From NCBI GenBank assembly GCA_001602845.1, contig LUZE01000164.1, positions 1 through 59,207 on the forward strand: 59,207 nt of DNA, read 5' to 3'. Below the pieces are notes generated by a model. The model was not told the DNA's origin, searched no databases, and saw nothing but the letters and a program-made list of their open reading frames with translations. Position 1 is the first letter of the stretch. The number at the start of each line of letters is the position of its first letter. The position numbers and the translations under genes are program-made. The DNA comes from Bacteroidales bacterium Bact_13 (GTDB lineage: Bacteria > Bacteroidota > Bacteroidia > Bacteroidales > UBA932). Shown here in pieces: positions 49,338-59,014 of this stretch.

Positions 49338-49877
49338 ATGAAAATATTGTTCCTCGCCGCCGTCGATTTCGAACTGGATGCCGCCCGCCGTACCTGGGGC
49401 GGCACGGACGCCGTTTTCCTGGTGGGCGGGGTTGGGGCTGACGCTACGCGGAAGGCGCTCGGGCTGGCGTTCTCGTCGGGCATCGCATTCGACCGGGTCG
49501 TGAACATCGGCATCGCGGGAAGCGATGCGCAGACATTGCCAATAGGTGCTGTCGTCCAGGTCGTTACGGAACAGCATGGAGATTCTTCCGCTCCGATGCT
49601 CCGGAATCCGGAACCCTGGGCTGCCCTGGATTTCCTCCCCCGGGCGACGGGACGTACGCTGCAGGTGCTGGACGACCGCTGGCGTCAGGATCCCGCCGAC
49701 GTGGAGACGATGGAAGGAGCCGCCTTTTTCGAGGTGTGCCTCGAGCGGGGCGTTCCGTTCGCCGAGATCCGGGCCGTGTCGAACCGGGTCGGCGAGCGCG
49801 ACCATGCCCGCTGGGATATCCCCCTGGCCCTGCAGCGTCTGGAAGAAGCCCTCAAAACCCTCCGGAATGAAAGCTAA
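49338..49877 (+). CDS. mqnB: futalosine hydrolase-like nucleosidase (PNP/UDP family)
   Basis: 179 aa. Motifs MKILFLAAVDFE..., ..VETMEGAAFF.. and ..IRAVSNRVGER. Adjacent to and overlapping the mqnD-like gene. Confidence 0.6.
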   Translation: MKILFLAAVDFELDAARRTWGGTDAVFLVGGVGADATRKALGLAFSSGIAFDRVVNIGIAGSDAQTLPIGAVVQVVTEQHGDSSAPMLRNPEPWAALDFLPRATGRTLQVLDDRWRQDPADVETMEGAAFFEVCLERGVPFAEIRAVSNRVGERDHARWDIPLALQRLEEALKTLRNES

Positions 49878-50647
49878 GATTGCCTTTTCTTCGTGCCCCA
49901 ACGACACGTTCATGTTTCACGCAATGGTCCACGGCCTGGTCGATACCGAAGGCCTGTCGTTCGACGTGGATATCTATGATGTGGAAGAGCTGAACAGCCG
50001 CGCCCGCCGCGGCATCTACGACGCCACCAAGCTCAGTTACCACGGCTGGTTCGGGGTCCGCGACACATACGAAATGCTGTCTGCGGGCTCTGCGCTCGGC
50101 TGGGACTGCGGCCCGCTGCTGGTGTGCCGGCAGGGGGACGGGCAAGTGCTGGAACGGGCTCCGCTCCGTATTGCCGTCCCGGGCCGCTACACCACGGGTG
50201 CCCTGCTCTGTTCCCTGGCATATCCGGGCCTGGGCGAACAGATTCCGATGCTTTTCTCCGACATCGAAGGGGCTGTTGCCGGCGGAGCGGTCGACCTGGG
50301 CGTGCTCATCCATGAAGGACGCTTCACCTACCGCGACAAGGGCCTCTCGCTTGTGCGCGATCTGGGCGCCTGGTGGCAGGATACGTCGGGCTGCCCGATA
50401 CCGCTGGGCGGCATTGCTGTCCGCCGTGCCCTCGGCGCGGATTTTGCATCTGTTTTCAACCGCGTGCTGCGCCGGAGCATCACCTATGCATTCGCCCATC
50501 CGGAAGCCTCGCGCGAATATGTCGCCTCGTACGCCCGCGAGCTGTCGGCAGAGATCCAGCAAAAACACATCGACTTGTTCGTGAACCGCTTCTCCCTGGA
50601 CCTGGGAGAAGAGGGAAACAGGGCGGTCGACACATTGTACAGATGCT

Positions 50648-51317
<670 letters not shown>

Positions 51318-51343
<26 letters not shown>

Positions 51344-51839
51344 TGCCGGCACCACTTCGCTTGTGGGTGGCACGCGCGTCAGCAAGGCGCATCCGCGCGT
51401 GATGGCCTACGGGGACCTCGACGAACTGATCAGTTACCTCGGACTTCTCCGCTGTGAGACGGCCGGACGCGACCTTCCGCTCCGCCGGATCCAGATCCAG
51501 CTCATGAATGTGAGCGCCCATCTGGCAAATGACGGCCGCTCGGCCAAGCTCAAGCCGCTCGACGAGGCGGAGACGGCTTTCCTGGAAAGCGAGATCGACC
51601 GGATGACGGCGGCCCTTCCGCCGCAGACGGCATTCGTGCTGCCCGGCGAACCGCACGCCTCCTCGCTGGCCCATGTCGCCCGCACGGTATGCCGGAGGGC
51701 GGAACGGAGCGCCGTCCAGATCGAGGAGAAAACGGACCAGGACGCGCTGGCGATCCGGTATGTCAACCGCTTGAGTGACTACCTGTTTACATTGGCAAGA
51801 TACTTGTGCGACGGGCACGATGATAATTGGCTTCCGTAA
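51318..51839 (+). CDS. ATP:cob(I)alamin adenosyltransferase, PduO type
   Basis: Start ATG 51318 ([23 protein letters not shown]). About 173 aa. Confidence 0.85.
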
Positions 51840-51875
51840 AAGTTTCAAAAAAAGTTTGTTATATTCTTTTTTTTA

Positions 51876-51883
51876 TATCTTTG
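51876..51883 (+). promoter_or_regulatory. -7 promoter box TATCTTTG
   Basis: Perfect TAnnTTTG, 43 nt upstream of ATG 51927, in an AT-rich spacer. Confidence 0.45.
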
Positions 51884-51926
51884 CGGCCCCAATTTGGGAA
51901 AGTAACCTTTTTTAACACATACGCAC

Positions 51927-52148
51927 ATGTATTGGACGCTTGAACTTGCATCCAAACTGGAGGATGCTCCGTGGCCTGCAACCCGGGAAGAACTGATTGA
52001 TTATGCAACTCGTTCGGGAGCTCCGCTCGAAGTGATCGAGAACCTGGAAGACCTCGAAGAAGACGGTGAGGTGTACGAATCCATCGAGGACATCTGGCCG
52101 GATTATCCGACCAAGGATGATTTCTTCTTCGACGAGGAGGAGTACTAG
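51927..52148 (+). CDS. DUF2795-like small acidic protein
   Basis: 73 aa. Sequence ...WPATREELIDYATRSGAPLEVIENLEDL.., with an acidic tail. Confidence 0.65.
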   Translation: MYWTLELASKLEDAPWPATREELIDYATRSGAPLEVIENLEDLEEDGEVYESIEDIWPDYPTKDDFFFDEEEY

Positions 52149-52165
52149 AAGTTCACCTTCTGGAC

Positions 52166-52582
52166 ATGAAACGTTTTTTGTGCATAATGTTCGCGGCGGC
52201 GGCGCTCCTGGCGTGGAGTGATGCCGCCGCGCAGCGTCTCCAGAACGGCAATTACAGTACCGTCGGCTATATCAAGAGCGACGGCACGATCCAGAACGGG
52301 AATTACAGTACCATCGGCCACATCAAGAATGACGGCACGGTCCAGGACGGCAATTACCGCACGGTGGGTTATATCAAGAGTGACGGTACGGTCCAGAACG
52401 GCAATTACAGTACCATCGGCCATATCAAAAGCGACGGGACGATTCAGGACGGCAACTACCGCACCATCGGCTACGTCAAGAGCGACGGCACGGTCCAGGA
52501 CGGCAACTACCGGACCATCGGCCATGCGGATTCCGGCATCCGGCGGGAATGGGTGGCATGGTTTTATTTCTTCATGAAATGA
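52166..52582 (+). CDS. secreted protein built from six tandem 17-residue repeats
   Basis: Signal peptide MKRFLCIMFAAAALLAWSDAAAQ, then six copies of Q(N/D)GNY(S/R)T(V/I)G(Y/H)IK(S/N)DGT(I/V), then an aromatic tail REWVAWFYFFMK. Confidence 0.7.
   Translation: MKRFLCIMFAAAALLAWSDAAAQRLQNGNYSTVGYIKSDGTIQNGNYSTIGHIKNDGTVQDGNYRTVGYIKSDGTVQNGNYSTIGHIKSDGTIQDGNYRTIGYVKSDGTVQDGNYRTIGHADSGIRREWVAWFYFFMK
52241..52537 (+). repeat. 51-nt tandem repeat, about 5.8 copies, coding
   Basis: Units start at 52241, 52292, 52343, 52394, 52445 and 52496. They are in frame with the CDS, and the differences are mostly synonymous or conservative. Confidence 0.9.
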
Positions 52583-52584
52583 AC

Positions 52585-53295
52585 ATGAAAAAGTTTCTCA
52601 TCTCCCTTTTCCTCCTGCTTGGCCTGGCGTTCTGTGCGCAGGCCCAGCACACGGCTTTTCTTGACAGCGAAGAAAACCTGGTTTACAGTGTCCGCCACAG
52701 TTATTTCCCGGGCAATGTCGGCACGATGACCTTCACCGGAAAGCAGAGCGGGTCGGACTACCACGTCGACGCCACGCTGCATGCTTCCATCGTCGGGCTG
52801 TACAAGCTCGACTGCACCTACGGATCGACTTTCCGCAGGGACGGGAGCCTGACCCCGGTCTCGGCCAACCGCAGCCAGACGGAGAACAAGTACTGGGCAA
52901 AGGGCACCTACAACTGGTCCGCGCCGGGTTCCGTCCATCTGTATGTGACGAAGAGCTCCCGCGACCCGCGCAACGAAGACCTCCTGTGGTCGGGTACCGT
53001 GCGCGACCTGCTCGGCATGCTCTGGTGGCTCCGTACGCTCGATTATGACAGCGGCAGCCTCGATGCTGGGCACAACGCGTTGCTGCTCGACCATACTGCG
53101 CTGCCCGTGACCATCACCTCGTACACAAAGGGTACCATGCGGTACAAAGGCGTCCAGACGCCTGTCATCGAGATCGTGCTAACGCAGCAGGGCAAAGAAG
53201 CGTTGAGCGTCACGCTTTCGGACGACGCCAGCCGCAAGATGCTGAAATTCTCGCTGGCCATGTCCGTCGGAACGATCCGCGGATCCTTGAAATAG
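52585..53295 (+). CDS. hypothetical exported protein (possibly DUF3108-like)
   Basis: ATG 52585 gives MKKFLISLFLLLGLAFCAQAQ. It starts 3 nt after the previous stop. Confidence 0.6.
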   Translation: MKKFLISLFLLLGLAFCAQAQHTAFLDSEENLVYSVRHSYFPGNVGTMTFTGKQSGSDYHVDATLHASIVGLYKLDCTYGSTFRRDGSLTPVSANRSQTENKYWAKGTYNWSAPGSVHLYVTKSSRDPRNEDLLWSGTVRDLLGMLWWLRTLDYDSGSLDAGHNALLLDHTALPVTITSYTKGTMRYKGVQTPVIEIVLTQQGKEALSVTLSDDASRKMLKFSLAMSVGTIRGSLK

Positions 53296-53301
53296 GGCAG
53301 C

Positions 53302-53727
53302 ATGATCCTTTCTGTTTCCTACGATGAAATCAGCAGGCTGGTGCGCGAGAAGAGCGGCCAGAGCATCGGCATCCGGTACAAGGATATCGACACGCTGACC
53401 CTTTCGTACGAGGCGACCATCCCGCTGCCGATCATCAACCGGCCGATTACGCATACCGTGTCGGCCGACGTCCGTATCGAAGAACTTGCACCGCCCCGCG
53501 TCGTGCTGCAGCTTGATGCCGGCAAGGCCGGGAACATGGCGCTCGACATGGCTTCCCAACGACTGCTGGCCAGGTTGCCGGCCGGGCTGGTGACGTCGTT
53601 CTCGGGCGGGCGCGCGGTACTGGACCTGTCCGCCGTACCGAAGCTTGCGAAGCTTCTGGATCGGTTGGAAATCAATAACTTGTCTTTCTATAGCAACTCG
53701 CTCGGCCTGGATGCCGTGCTCAAATGA
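53302..53727 (+). CDS. hypothetical cytoplasmic protein
   Basis: 141 aa with no signal peptide or TM segment and no recognisable motif. It is tightly packed between its neighbours (6-nt and 9-nt spacers). Confidence 0.5.
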   Translation: MILSVSYDEISRLVREKSGQSIGIRYKDIDTLTLSYEATIPLPIINRPITHTVSADVRIEELAPPRVVLQLDAGKAGNMALDMASQRLLARLPAGLVTSFSGGRAVLDLSAVPKLAKLLDRLEINNLSFYSNSLGLDAVLK

Positions 53728-53736
53728 CCGATACCC

Positions 53737-55491
53737 ATGATCCGTTTGGAAAACAATGCCCAGATCGGCCCCTACCGCGTGGAGCGGTTCATCAAGGACG
53801 GGATCTGCAACAGCAACTATGTGGTGTCCGACGGGGAGGGTGGACGTTTCTTTCTGAAAATATTTGATTTACAGGTCATCCCGGAAGCCTGGCTCGAGGG
53901 CGGGGAAGTGCGGGAGATCGTCAACAGCCGGGGGCTGGACCACCACAACGTGATCTCCTACGTGGCCGATGGGGAGCTGACGCTGGAAGGCCGGACCTAT
54001 CCGTACCTGGTGATGCAGTTCTTCAAGGGTTCGCTGCTGTCGGAGTTCCTGGCTGCCGGCCGGCAGTTCACCGGGGCGGAGATCCGGACCATCGCCTGCT
54101 TCGTGCTCGACGGCCTGGTGTACCTGCACGGGGAGGGCCTGCTGCACAATGACATCACGCCCCGCAACATCCTGCTTGAGGAGACAGGCGACGGCCTGGT
54201 GCCGAAGCTCATCGACCTGGGACATGCGAGCCCCGAAATCACGCAGGGCGAGCCGCCGTTCCCGATGGAGGACCTCAATCTGCTGTATACGGCGCCGGAG
54301 GCCCTGGACGGCATCTTCACGGAAGCCGGAGAGGCGTTCTCCGTGGCGGCGCTGGTCTTTACGCTGATTTGCGGGCAGGCGCCCTGGAGCATGCATTTTG
54401 ACGAGCAGGAACCGTTTGCGGCGCGGAAGGAGCGGATGAAGGAGGCCCGGCGGCGCGAGCCGGTGTGGCCCGCTGCCTTGCACGCCAGCGACCGGGTACT
54501 GCAGAACATCGTGCTAAAGGGGCTGAACATCTATCCGGCGAACCGTCCCACGCCTGCACGGATGCTGGAAATGCTGACCGGGGATGCCGTCGAGACGCGG
54601 CACCGGTCCGCAGACGCTTCCCGTTCAGCCGGCCCGAAGAAACCTTCGTCCGCGGGCGGCCTGGTGGCTACGACCGACGGCACGGAACTCAAGAAGACGA
54701 TGCAGCGGAACACCCGCAAGGGCGGGTTCGCCGACGTGGCGGGCATGGACGACCTGAAGAAGATGCTGACCGAACGGGTTATCTGGGTGTTGCGCGACCG
54801 GGAAAAGGCGAAGAAATACAGGCTTCTTCCGCCCAACGGCATGCTGCTCTACGGCCCTCCGGGCTGTGGCAAGACGTATTTCGCCGAGAAGTTCGCGGAG
54901 GAATCGCATTTCAACTACATGGTGGTCAACGGTTCAGATGTGGGCAGTACCTACATCCACGGTACGCAGGGCAAGATCGCGGCCCTCTTCCAGGAAGCAG
55001 CCTCCAAGGCGCCCACCGTGCTCTGTTTCGACGAGTTCGACTCGTTCGTCCCGGCCCGCGGCAGCGAGGCCGCCCGGCACCGGCCGGAAGAGGTCAACGA
55101 GTTCCTCTCGCAGCTCAACAACTGCGCCCAGCGCGGCATTTTCGTCATCGGCACGACCAACCGGATGGACATGATCGATCCGGCCGTCCTGCGCAAGGGC
55201 CGCCTCGACCTGCAGGTTGAAGTGCCGGCGCCCGAGAAGGAGACCCGGCGCCAGATGTTCATCCATCATCTGAAAGGCCGTCCGCTCGCCGACGACATTG
55301 ACCTTGAGCGGCTGGCTGAGCTGACCGACGGTTATGCGTCATCCGACATCGCCTTCATCGCCAACGACGCCGCCCTGGTCGCGGCGCTGGCTGACGAGCC
55401 GATCTCGCAGCGGCATCTGGAAGACTCCATCCGGTGCAATCCCTCGTCCCTGGGCCGCAAGGACAGCCGTTCTCCGATCGGCTACAGATAG
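53737..55491 (+). CDS. Ser/Thr protein kinase fused to a classical-clade AAA+ ATPase
   Basis: 584 aa. Kinase motifs: FFLKIF (Lys), LHNDITPRNILL (catalytic loop), IDLGHA (DFG-equivalent) and YTAPEAL (APE). AAA+ motifs: GPPGCGKTY (Walker A), VLCFDEFD (Walker B), IGTTNR (sensor 1) and DPAVLRKGRLD (second region of homology). Confidence 0.8.
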   Translation: MIRLENNAQIGPYRVERFIKDGICNSNYVVSDGEGGRFFLKIFDLQVIPEAWLEGGEVREIVNSRGLDHHNVISYVADGELTLEGRTYPYLVMQFFKGSLLSEFLAAGRQFTGAEIRTIACFVLDGLVYLHGEGLLHNDITPRNILLEETGDGLVPKLIDLGHASPEITQGEPPFPMEDLNLLYTAPEALDGIFTEAGEAFSVAALVFTLICGQAPWSMHFDEQEPFAARKERMKEARRREPVWPAALHASDRVLQNIVLKGLNIYPANRPTPARMLEMLTGDAVETRHRSADASRSAGPKKPSSAGGLVATTDGTELKKTMQRNTRKGGFADVAGMDDLKKMLTERVIWVLRDREKAKKYRLLPPNGMLLYGPPGCGKTYFAEKFAEESHFNYMVVNGSDVGSTYIHGTQGKIAALFQEAASKAPTVLCFDEFDSFVPARGSEAARHRPEEVNEFLSQLNNCAQRGIFVIGTTNRMDMIDPAVLRKGRLDLQVEVPAPEKETRRQMFIHHLKGRPLADDIDLERLAELTDGYASSDIAFIANDAALVAALADEPISQRHLEDSIRCNPSSLGRKDSRSPIGYR

Positions 55492-55627
55492 TATCCCTTT
55501 GCGCTACGATTTGTTCTAATCAGTTGATTTTTACAAAAAAAATTCGTAACTTGCCGAGTATTTTATAACAAACCGGGAAAAATTTGGATTTCTCCCGGAA
55601 ACGGCTAACGAAAAAACTGATTAGAAT

Positions 55628-57571
55628 ATGTTATTGGAGGAAGGTGCCCTTTTTGCAGAGCGGTATCAACTGGTCAAATTACTGGGTCGCGGCGGCTTTT
55701 CTGAAGTATGGCTGGCGAACGACACGAAATCCGGAGTAGATGTTGCCCTGAAGGTCTATGCCCCTTATGGCGGCCTGGACGAACACGGTAACCGGCTGTT
55801 CAGCCAGGAGTTCTCCCTGGTGTTCAACATCAACCAGACGAACCTGCTGAAACCGACTTATTTCGACACATACGAAAGATCCCCTTACCTGATTCTTCCG
55901 TACTGCGGCCGCGGTTCCGCGCTGGCCCTGGTCGGCAAGACCGACGAGAAGACGATGATCGACATCCTGCACGACGTGGCGGCCGGCCTGTCGTATCTGC
56001 ACGCCCAGGAGCCGCCCATCATCCACCAGGACATCAAGCCCGATAACATCTTGATCAACGATCATGGCGACTATGTGATCACGGACTTCGGCATCAGCAC
56101 GAAGATCCGGAGCACCCTCCGCCAGAGCGCGATGTCGCAGGAGAATTCGTCGGGCGGCACGTATGCCTACATGGCGCCGGAACGCTTCTCGAAAACCCCG
56201 ACTCCGATCCGCGCCAGCGATATATGGTCGATGGGCGCCATGGCTTATGAACTGCTGGACGGCAATCCGCCGTTCGACACGATGGGCGGCGTGATGCAGA
56301 AAAACGGCGCCGAGATCCCCGAGATCCGGGCCGACATTTCCGATACGGTCAAGAACATCATCTACGCCTGCGTCGCCCAGGAGCCCTGGGACCGTCCGAC
56401 GGCTGACACGGTCGTGGAATGGACGAACAAGCTGCGCGCCGGCGAATCCCTGAACCTGGGTGGCAAGGAGAAGAAGGGCCGTATCAACAACCTGTTCAAG
56501 CAGACCATCATGCGCGACGGCTCGAAGAAGAACAAGAAGGGGGCGACCCCTGAGCCGGCACCCGCACCGGTACCGGAACCGGCACCCGCACCGGAACAGC
56601 AGGATCCCGCTGCAGCGGCTCCCCAGCCGCAGGTCCGTTCGTTCATCGAGGATTCGAAGGGCGGTGCCAAATCTTCGCACGGCTCTTCACACGGTTCCTC
56701 GCACGGCGGTTCGCAGGGCGGGGGCATCAAGAACAAGCGCGGACTGCTCATCGGCATCATCGCTGCAGCCGTGGCCGTACTGGCCGTGATCATCGGCCTG
56801 GTGGTGTCGAACAAGAACAAGAAAGAACAGGCACAGCAGCAGGAAAGGGAACTCCGCAACCGGATCGAATATCTGGAAAGCAAGGTCTTCGACGACGATG
56901 CCGACGACCGTACCTTCCCGTGCACGGATGAAGAGACCGGTGCTACACTCAATTCGGCGAACTCGCTGTTCCACGATGCGATGCAGTTGCTTCGCGACGC
57001 CACGAAGGCGGAGGAAGGCGTGGAGATCCTCAAGCGGGTGTCCGACGCGGACTACCGCTCTTCGGCCAATGCGACGGCGATGCTGGGCTTCCTGACCGCC
57101 AAGAAGGACATCGTCCGTCTCGACGAGGACGACCAGCCGGTCCTGGACGAGAACGGACAGCCCGAATACCTGCTTGACTCCCTGTACCGGGCGTATGGCA
57201 GCAAGTTCAAGACCGCTGCCTGCCTGCCGGTCGATCCCGCCGCTTCGCACCGCTACAGCGAAAAGGCGCTCGAGCAGGATCCCAAGTGCTACATGGCCCA
57301 TTACGAGATGGCGCTGGATTACTGGTTCGGTTCCAACTCCAAACGGACGGAATACGGCCGTGACGTGATCAAGGCGACCATCCACATTTTCCGCGGCCGC
57401 AAGTATGCCCGCGAGGCGCAGGACGAGATCTACATGAAGTGGTTCGACAACCTGTATGAGAAGTACGACTGGGCGTACGTGGTCAAGGAAGAGATCAATA
57501 CGAAGTTCAAGAGGGACGACCTGACAGACATCTGGGACGACCTGATGGAAGTGGTTAAAGGTGGACAATAA
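55628..57571 (+). CDS. transmembrane receptor Ser/Thr protein kinase with a helical-repeat extracytoplasmic domain
   Basis: 647 aa. Motifs LGRGGFSEVW (Gly loop), VALKVY, IIHQDIKPDNILI, ITDFGIS and YMAPE. A Pro/Ala-rich and SSHG-repeat linker follows, then a TM helix LLIGIIAAAVAVLAVIIGLVV, then a roughly 260-aa C-terminal domain with a Sel1/TPR-like feel. Confidence 0.85.
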   Translation: MLLEEGALFAERYQLVKLLGRGGFSEVWLANDTKSGVDVALKVYAPYGGLDEHGNRLFSQEFSLVFNINQTNLLKPTYFDTYERSPYLILPYCGRGSALALVGKTDEKTMIDILHDVAAGLSYLHAQEPPIIHQDIKPDNILINDHGDYVITDFGISTKIRSTLRQSAMSQENSSGGTYAYMAPERFSKTPTPIRASDIWSMGAMAYELLDGNPPFDTMGGVMQKNGAEIPEIRADISDTVKNIIYACVAQEPWDRPTADTVVEWTNKLRAGESLNLGGKEKKGRINNLFKQTIMRDGSKKNKKGATPEPAPAPVPEPAPAPEQQDPAAAAPQPQVRSFIEDSKGGAKSSHGSSHGSSHGGSQGGGIKNKRGLLIGIIAAAVAVLAVIIGLVVSNKNKKEQAQQQERELRNRIEYLESKVFDDDADDRTFPCTDEETGATLNSANSLFHDAMQLLRDATKAEEGVEILKRVSDADYRSSANATAMLGFLTAKKDIVRLDEDDQPVLDENGQPEYLLDSLYRAYGSKFKTAACLPVDPAASHRYSEKALEQDPKCYMAHYEMALDYWFGSNSKRTEYGRDVIKATIHIFRGRKYAREAQDEIYMKWFDNLYEKYDWAYVVKEEINTKFKRDDLTDIWDDLMEVVKGGQ

Positions 57572-57583
57572 GAGAAGTACAAT

Positions 57584-59011
57584 ATGAAGACATTCAAACG
57601 ATTGCTGCTCGTGTTCGCGGCGCTCGGCCTCTGCCTGGGCCTGTCGGCGCAAACCGTAAAATGGGAGTACAAGTGCGGGTATGACGGCGTCCGCCGCCTG
57701 AATTCGGACTATCTCCTGCTCCAGAAAGACAACAACATCGAGATCCGGCAGAACGACGGAAAGGTCGTCCTGGAAATCAAGGCCGACGTGCTCACCGATT
57801 TCGTGAACGGCTTTGCGCTGGTGCTCGACGCGGAGCCCACGGATACGGAAACCCTTTACCGGCTGGTCGGCTTCTTCTCGGAAGACGGCGTTTACCAGGA
57901 GACGAAACAAAAGAATTACTACGTCGACCGGTATCCTTTCTTCTCGGACGGCTTCCTTCCGGTGTATATCCTGGACAAGGGAGACAAGAAGTACGGCTTT
58001 ATCGACAAGTACCTGAATGCCGGCGAGCTCAAATATGTCGACATCCTCCCGGTCGTGGGCGGTGGCGCCTATGCCTGCGAGATGGGCAAGAAGGGCAAGA
58101 CGAAATGGGTGCAGGCCAATCCGGCCGGCGGCAAGGGAAAGGTCAAGGCGAAGCAGGAAGCTGTCGCACAGCAATTCGCCGGCAGGGAACACCTTGCGGA
58201 ATACCTTCCCGAAATCCAGAAAGGACCGGAACTGACCCTTGAACCGGGCATCCAGGTGGTGGAAGAGAACGGCCTGTACGGCTACAAGCGGGCGGATGGC
58301 GTATGGATCGCACCGCCTCAGTTCACGCGGGCGGAACCCTTCTCGGACGGCCTTGCCGTGGTGGAGAACAACCAGGGCATGGGTGTGATCCGGATGTATG
58401 AAGGAACCGTCGTCTGCACCCAGGAACCGGGCGGCATGACGGACTCCGGCTACCAGTCGACTGTCTTCAATGTGACGTTGCCTCCCATTTTCAACGACAA
58501 TATCGTTTCGCTCCGGTGCCTGTTCCAGGATGAGACGAGGAACACAAAGTTCCCGATCAACCTCAAGCCGGTCGAAGACGACCCGACCGTTCGTACGACG
58601 GATGTGATCACCGTCGATGCGGATGCGAAAACCGTCGAGATCACTTCCGAGAACCTGGTGATCGGCCGGCAGTTCTTCGAGAAGAACGTTCCCGAGGACC
58701 TCGATGCCGTCAAGATCGGCCTGTCGGCGTCCAAGGTGCGTGCCGGTTCGAACGACCGGGCCAAGGTGACTGTCACGGTGACCAACACCTCGGATGAGAC
58801 GCTGGTGCTGAATGCGCATGCCAGCGGCAAGAACGTGACGCTCTCGCGCTCGAAACTGACGGTCAAGCCCCGTGGAAGTCAGTCGTTCGTGGTGACCTTC
58901 AGCAACGTCCGTTCCGCCGGTGCCCGCAGTATCACGGTGTCGGGTGAAACCGACAAGAAAGTCAAGGTCAAGGCCAAGTCTGCCAACGTTCAGGTCACGC
59001 CGTTCTTATAG
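57584..59011 (+). CDS. exported WG-repeat (KWG-like) protein with a C-terminal Ig-like region
   Basis: 475 aa. Signal peptide MKTFKRLLLVFAALGLCLGLSAQ. WG-type repeats KKYGFIDKYLN and GLYGYKRADGVWIAPPQFTRAEPFSDGLAVVENNQGMGVI. C-terminal beta-sandwich-like region ..KVTVTVTNTSDETLVL. Confidence 0.75.
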   Translation: MKTFKRLLLVFAALGLCLGLSAQTVKWEYKCGYDGVRRLNSDYLLLQKDNNIEIRQNDGKVVLEIKADVLTDFVNGFALVLDAEPTDTETLYRLVGFFSEDGVYQETKQKNYYVDRYPFFSDGFLPVYILDKGDKKYGFIDKYLNAGELKYVDILPVVGGGAYACEMGKKGKTKWVQANPAGGKGKVKAKQEAVAQQFAGREHLAEYLPEIQKGPELTLEPGIQVVEENGLYGYKRADGVWIAPPQFTRAEPFSDGLAVVENNQGMGVIRMYEGTVVCTQEPGGMTDSGYQSTVFNVTLPPIFNDNIVSLRCLFQDETRNTKFPINLKPVEDDPTVRTTDVITVDADAKTVEITSENLVIGRQFFEKNVPEDLDAVKIGLSASKVRAGSNDRAKVTVTVTNTSDETLVLNAHASGKNVTLSRSKLTVKPRGSQSFVVTFSNVRSAGARSITVSGETDKKVKVKAKSANVQVTPFL

Positions 59012-59014
59012 CAG

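Noticed and set aside
52241-52537. Regularly spaced 51-nt repeats that might superficially suggest a CRISPR array
   Set aside because: The units are directly adjacent with no spacers, are in frame within a signal-peptide-bearing ORF, vary at synonymous positions, and have no cas genes nearby. This is a coding tandem repeat. The overlapping ORFs 52145..52525 (-) and 52218..52577 (+) are repeat-induced open frames.
56687-58819. 710-aa minus-strand ORF, plus the 333-aa (55679..56680) and 223-aa (56362..57033) minus-strand ORFs
   Set aside because: Antisense to the receptor kinase and the WG-repeat gene, which carry complete kinase and WG motifs. Low-complexity Arg/Asp/His/Val composition.
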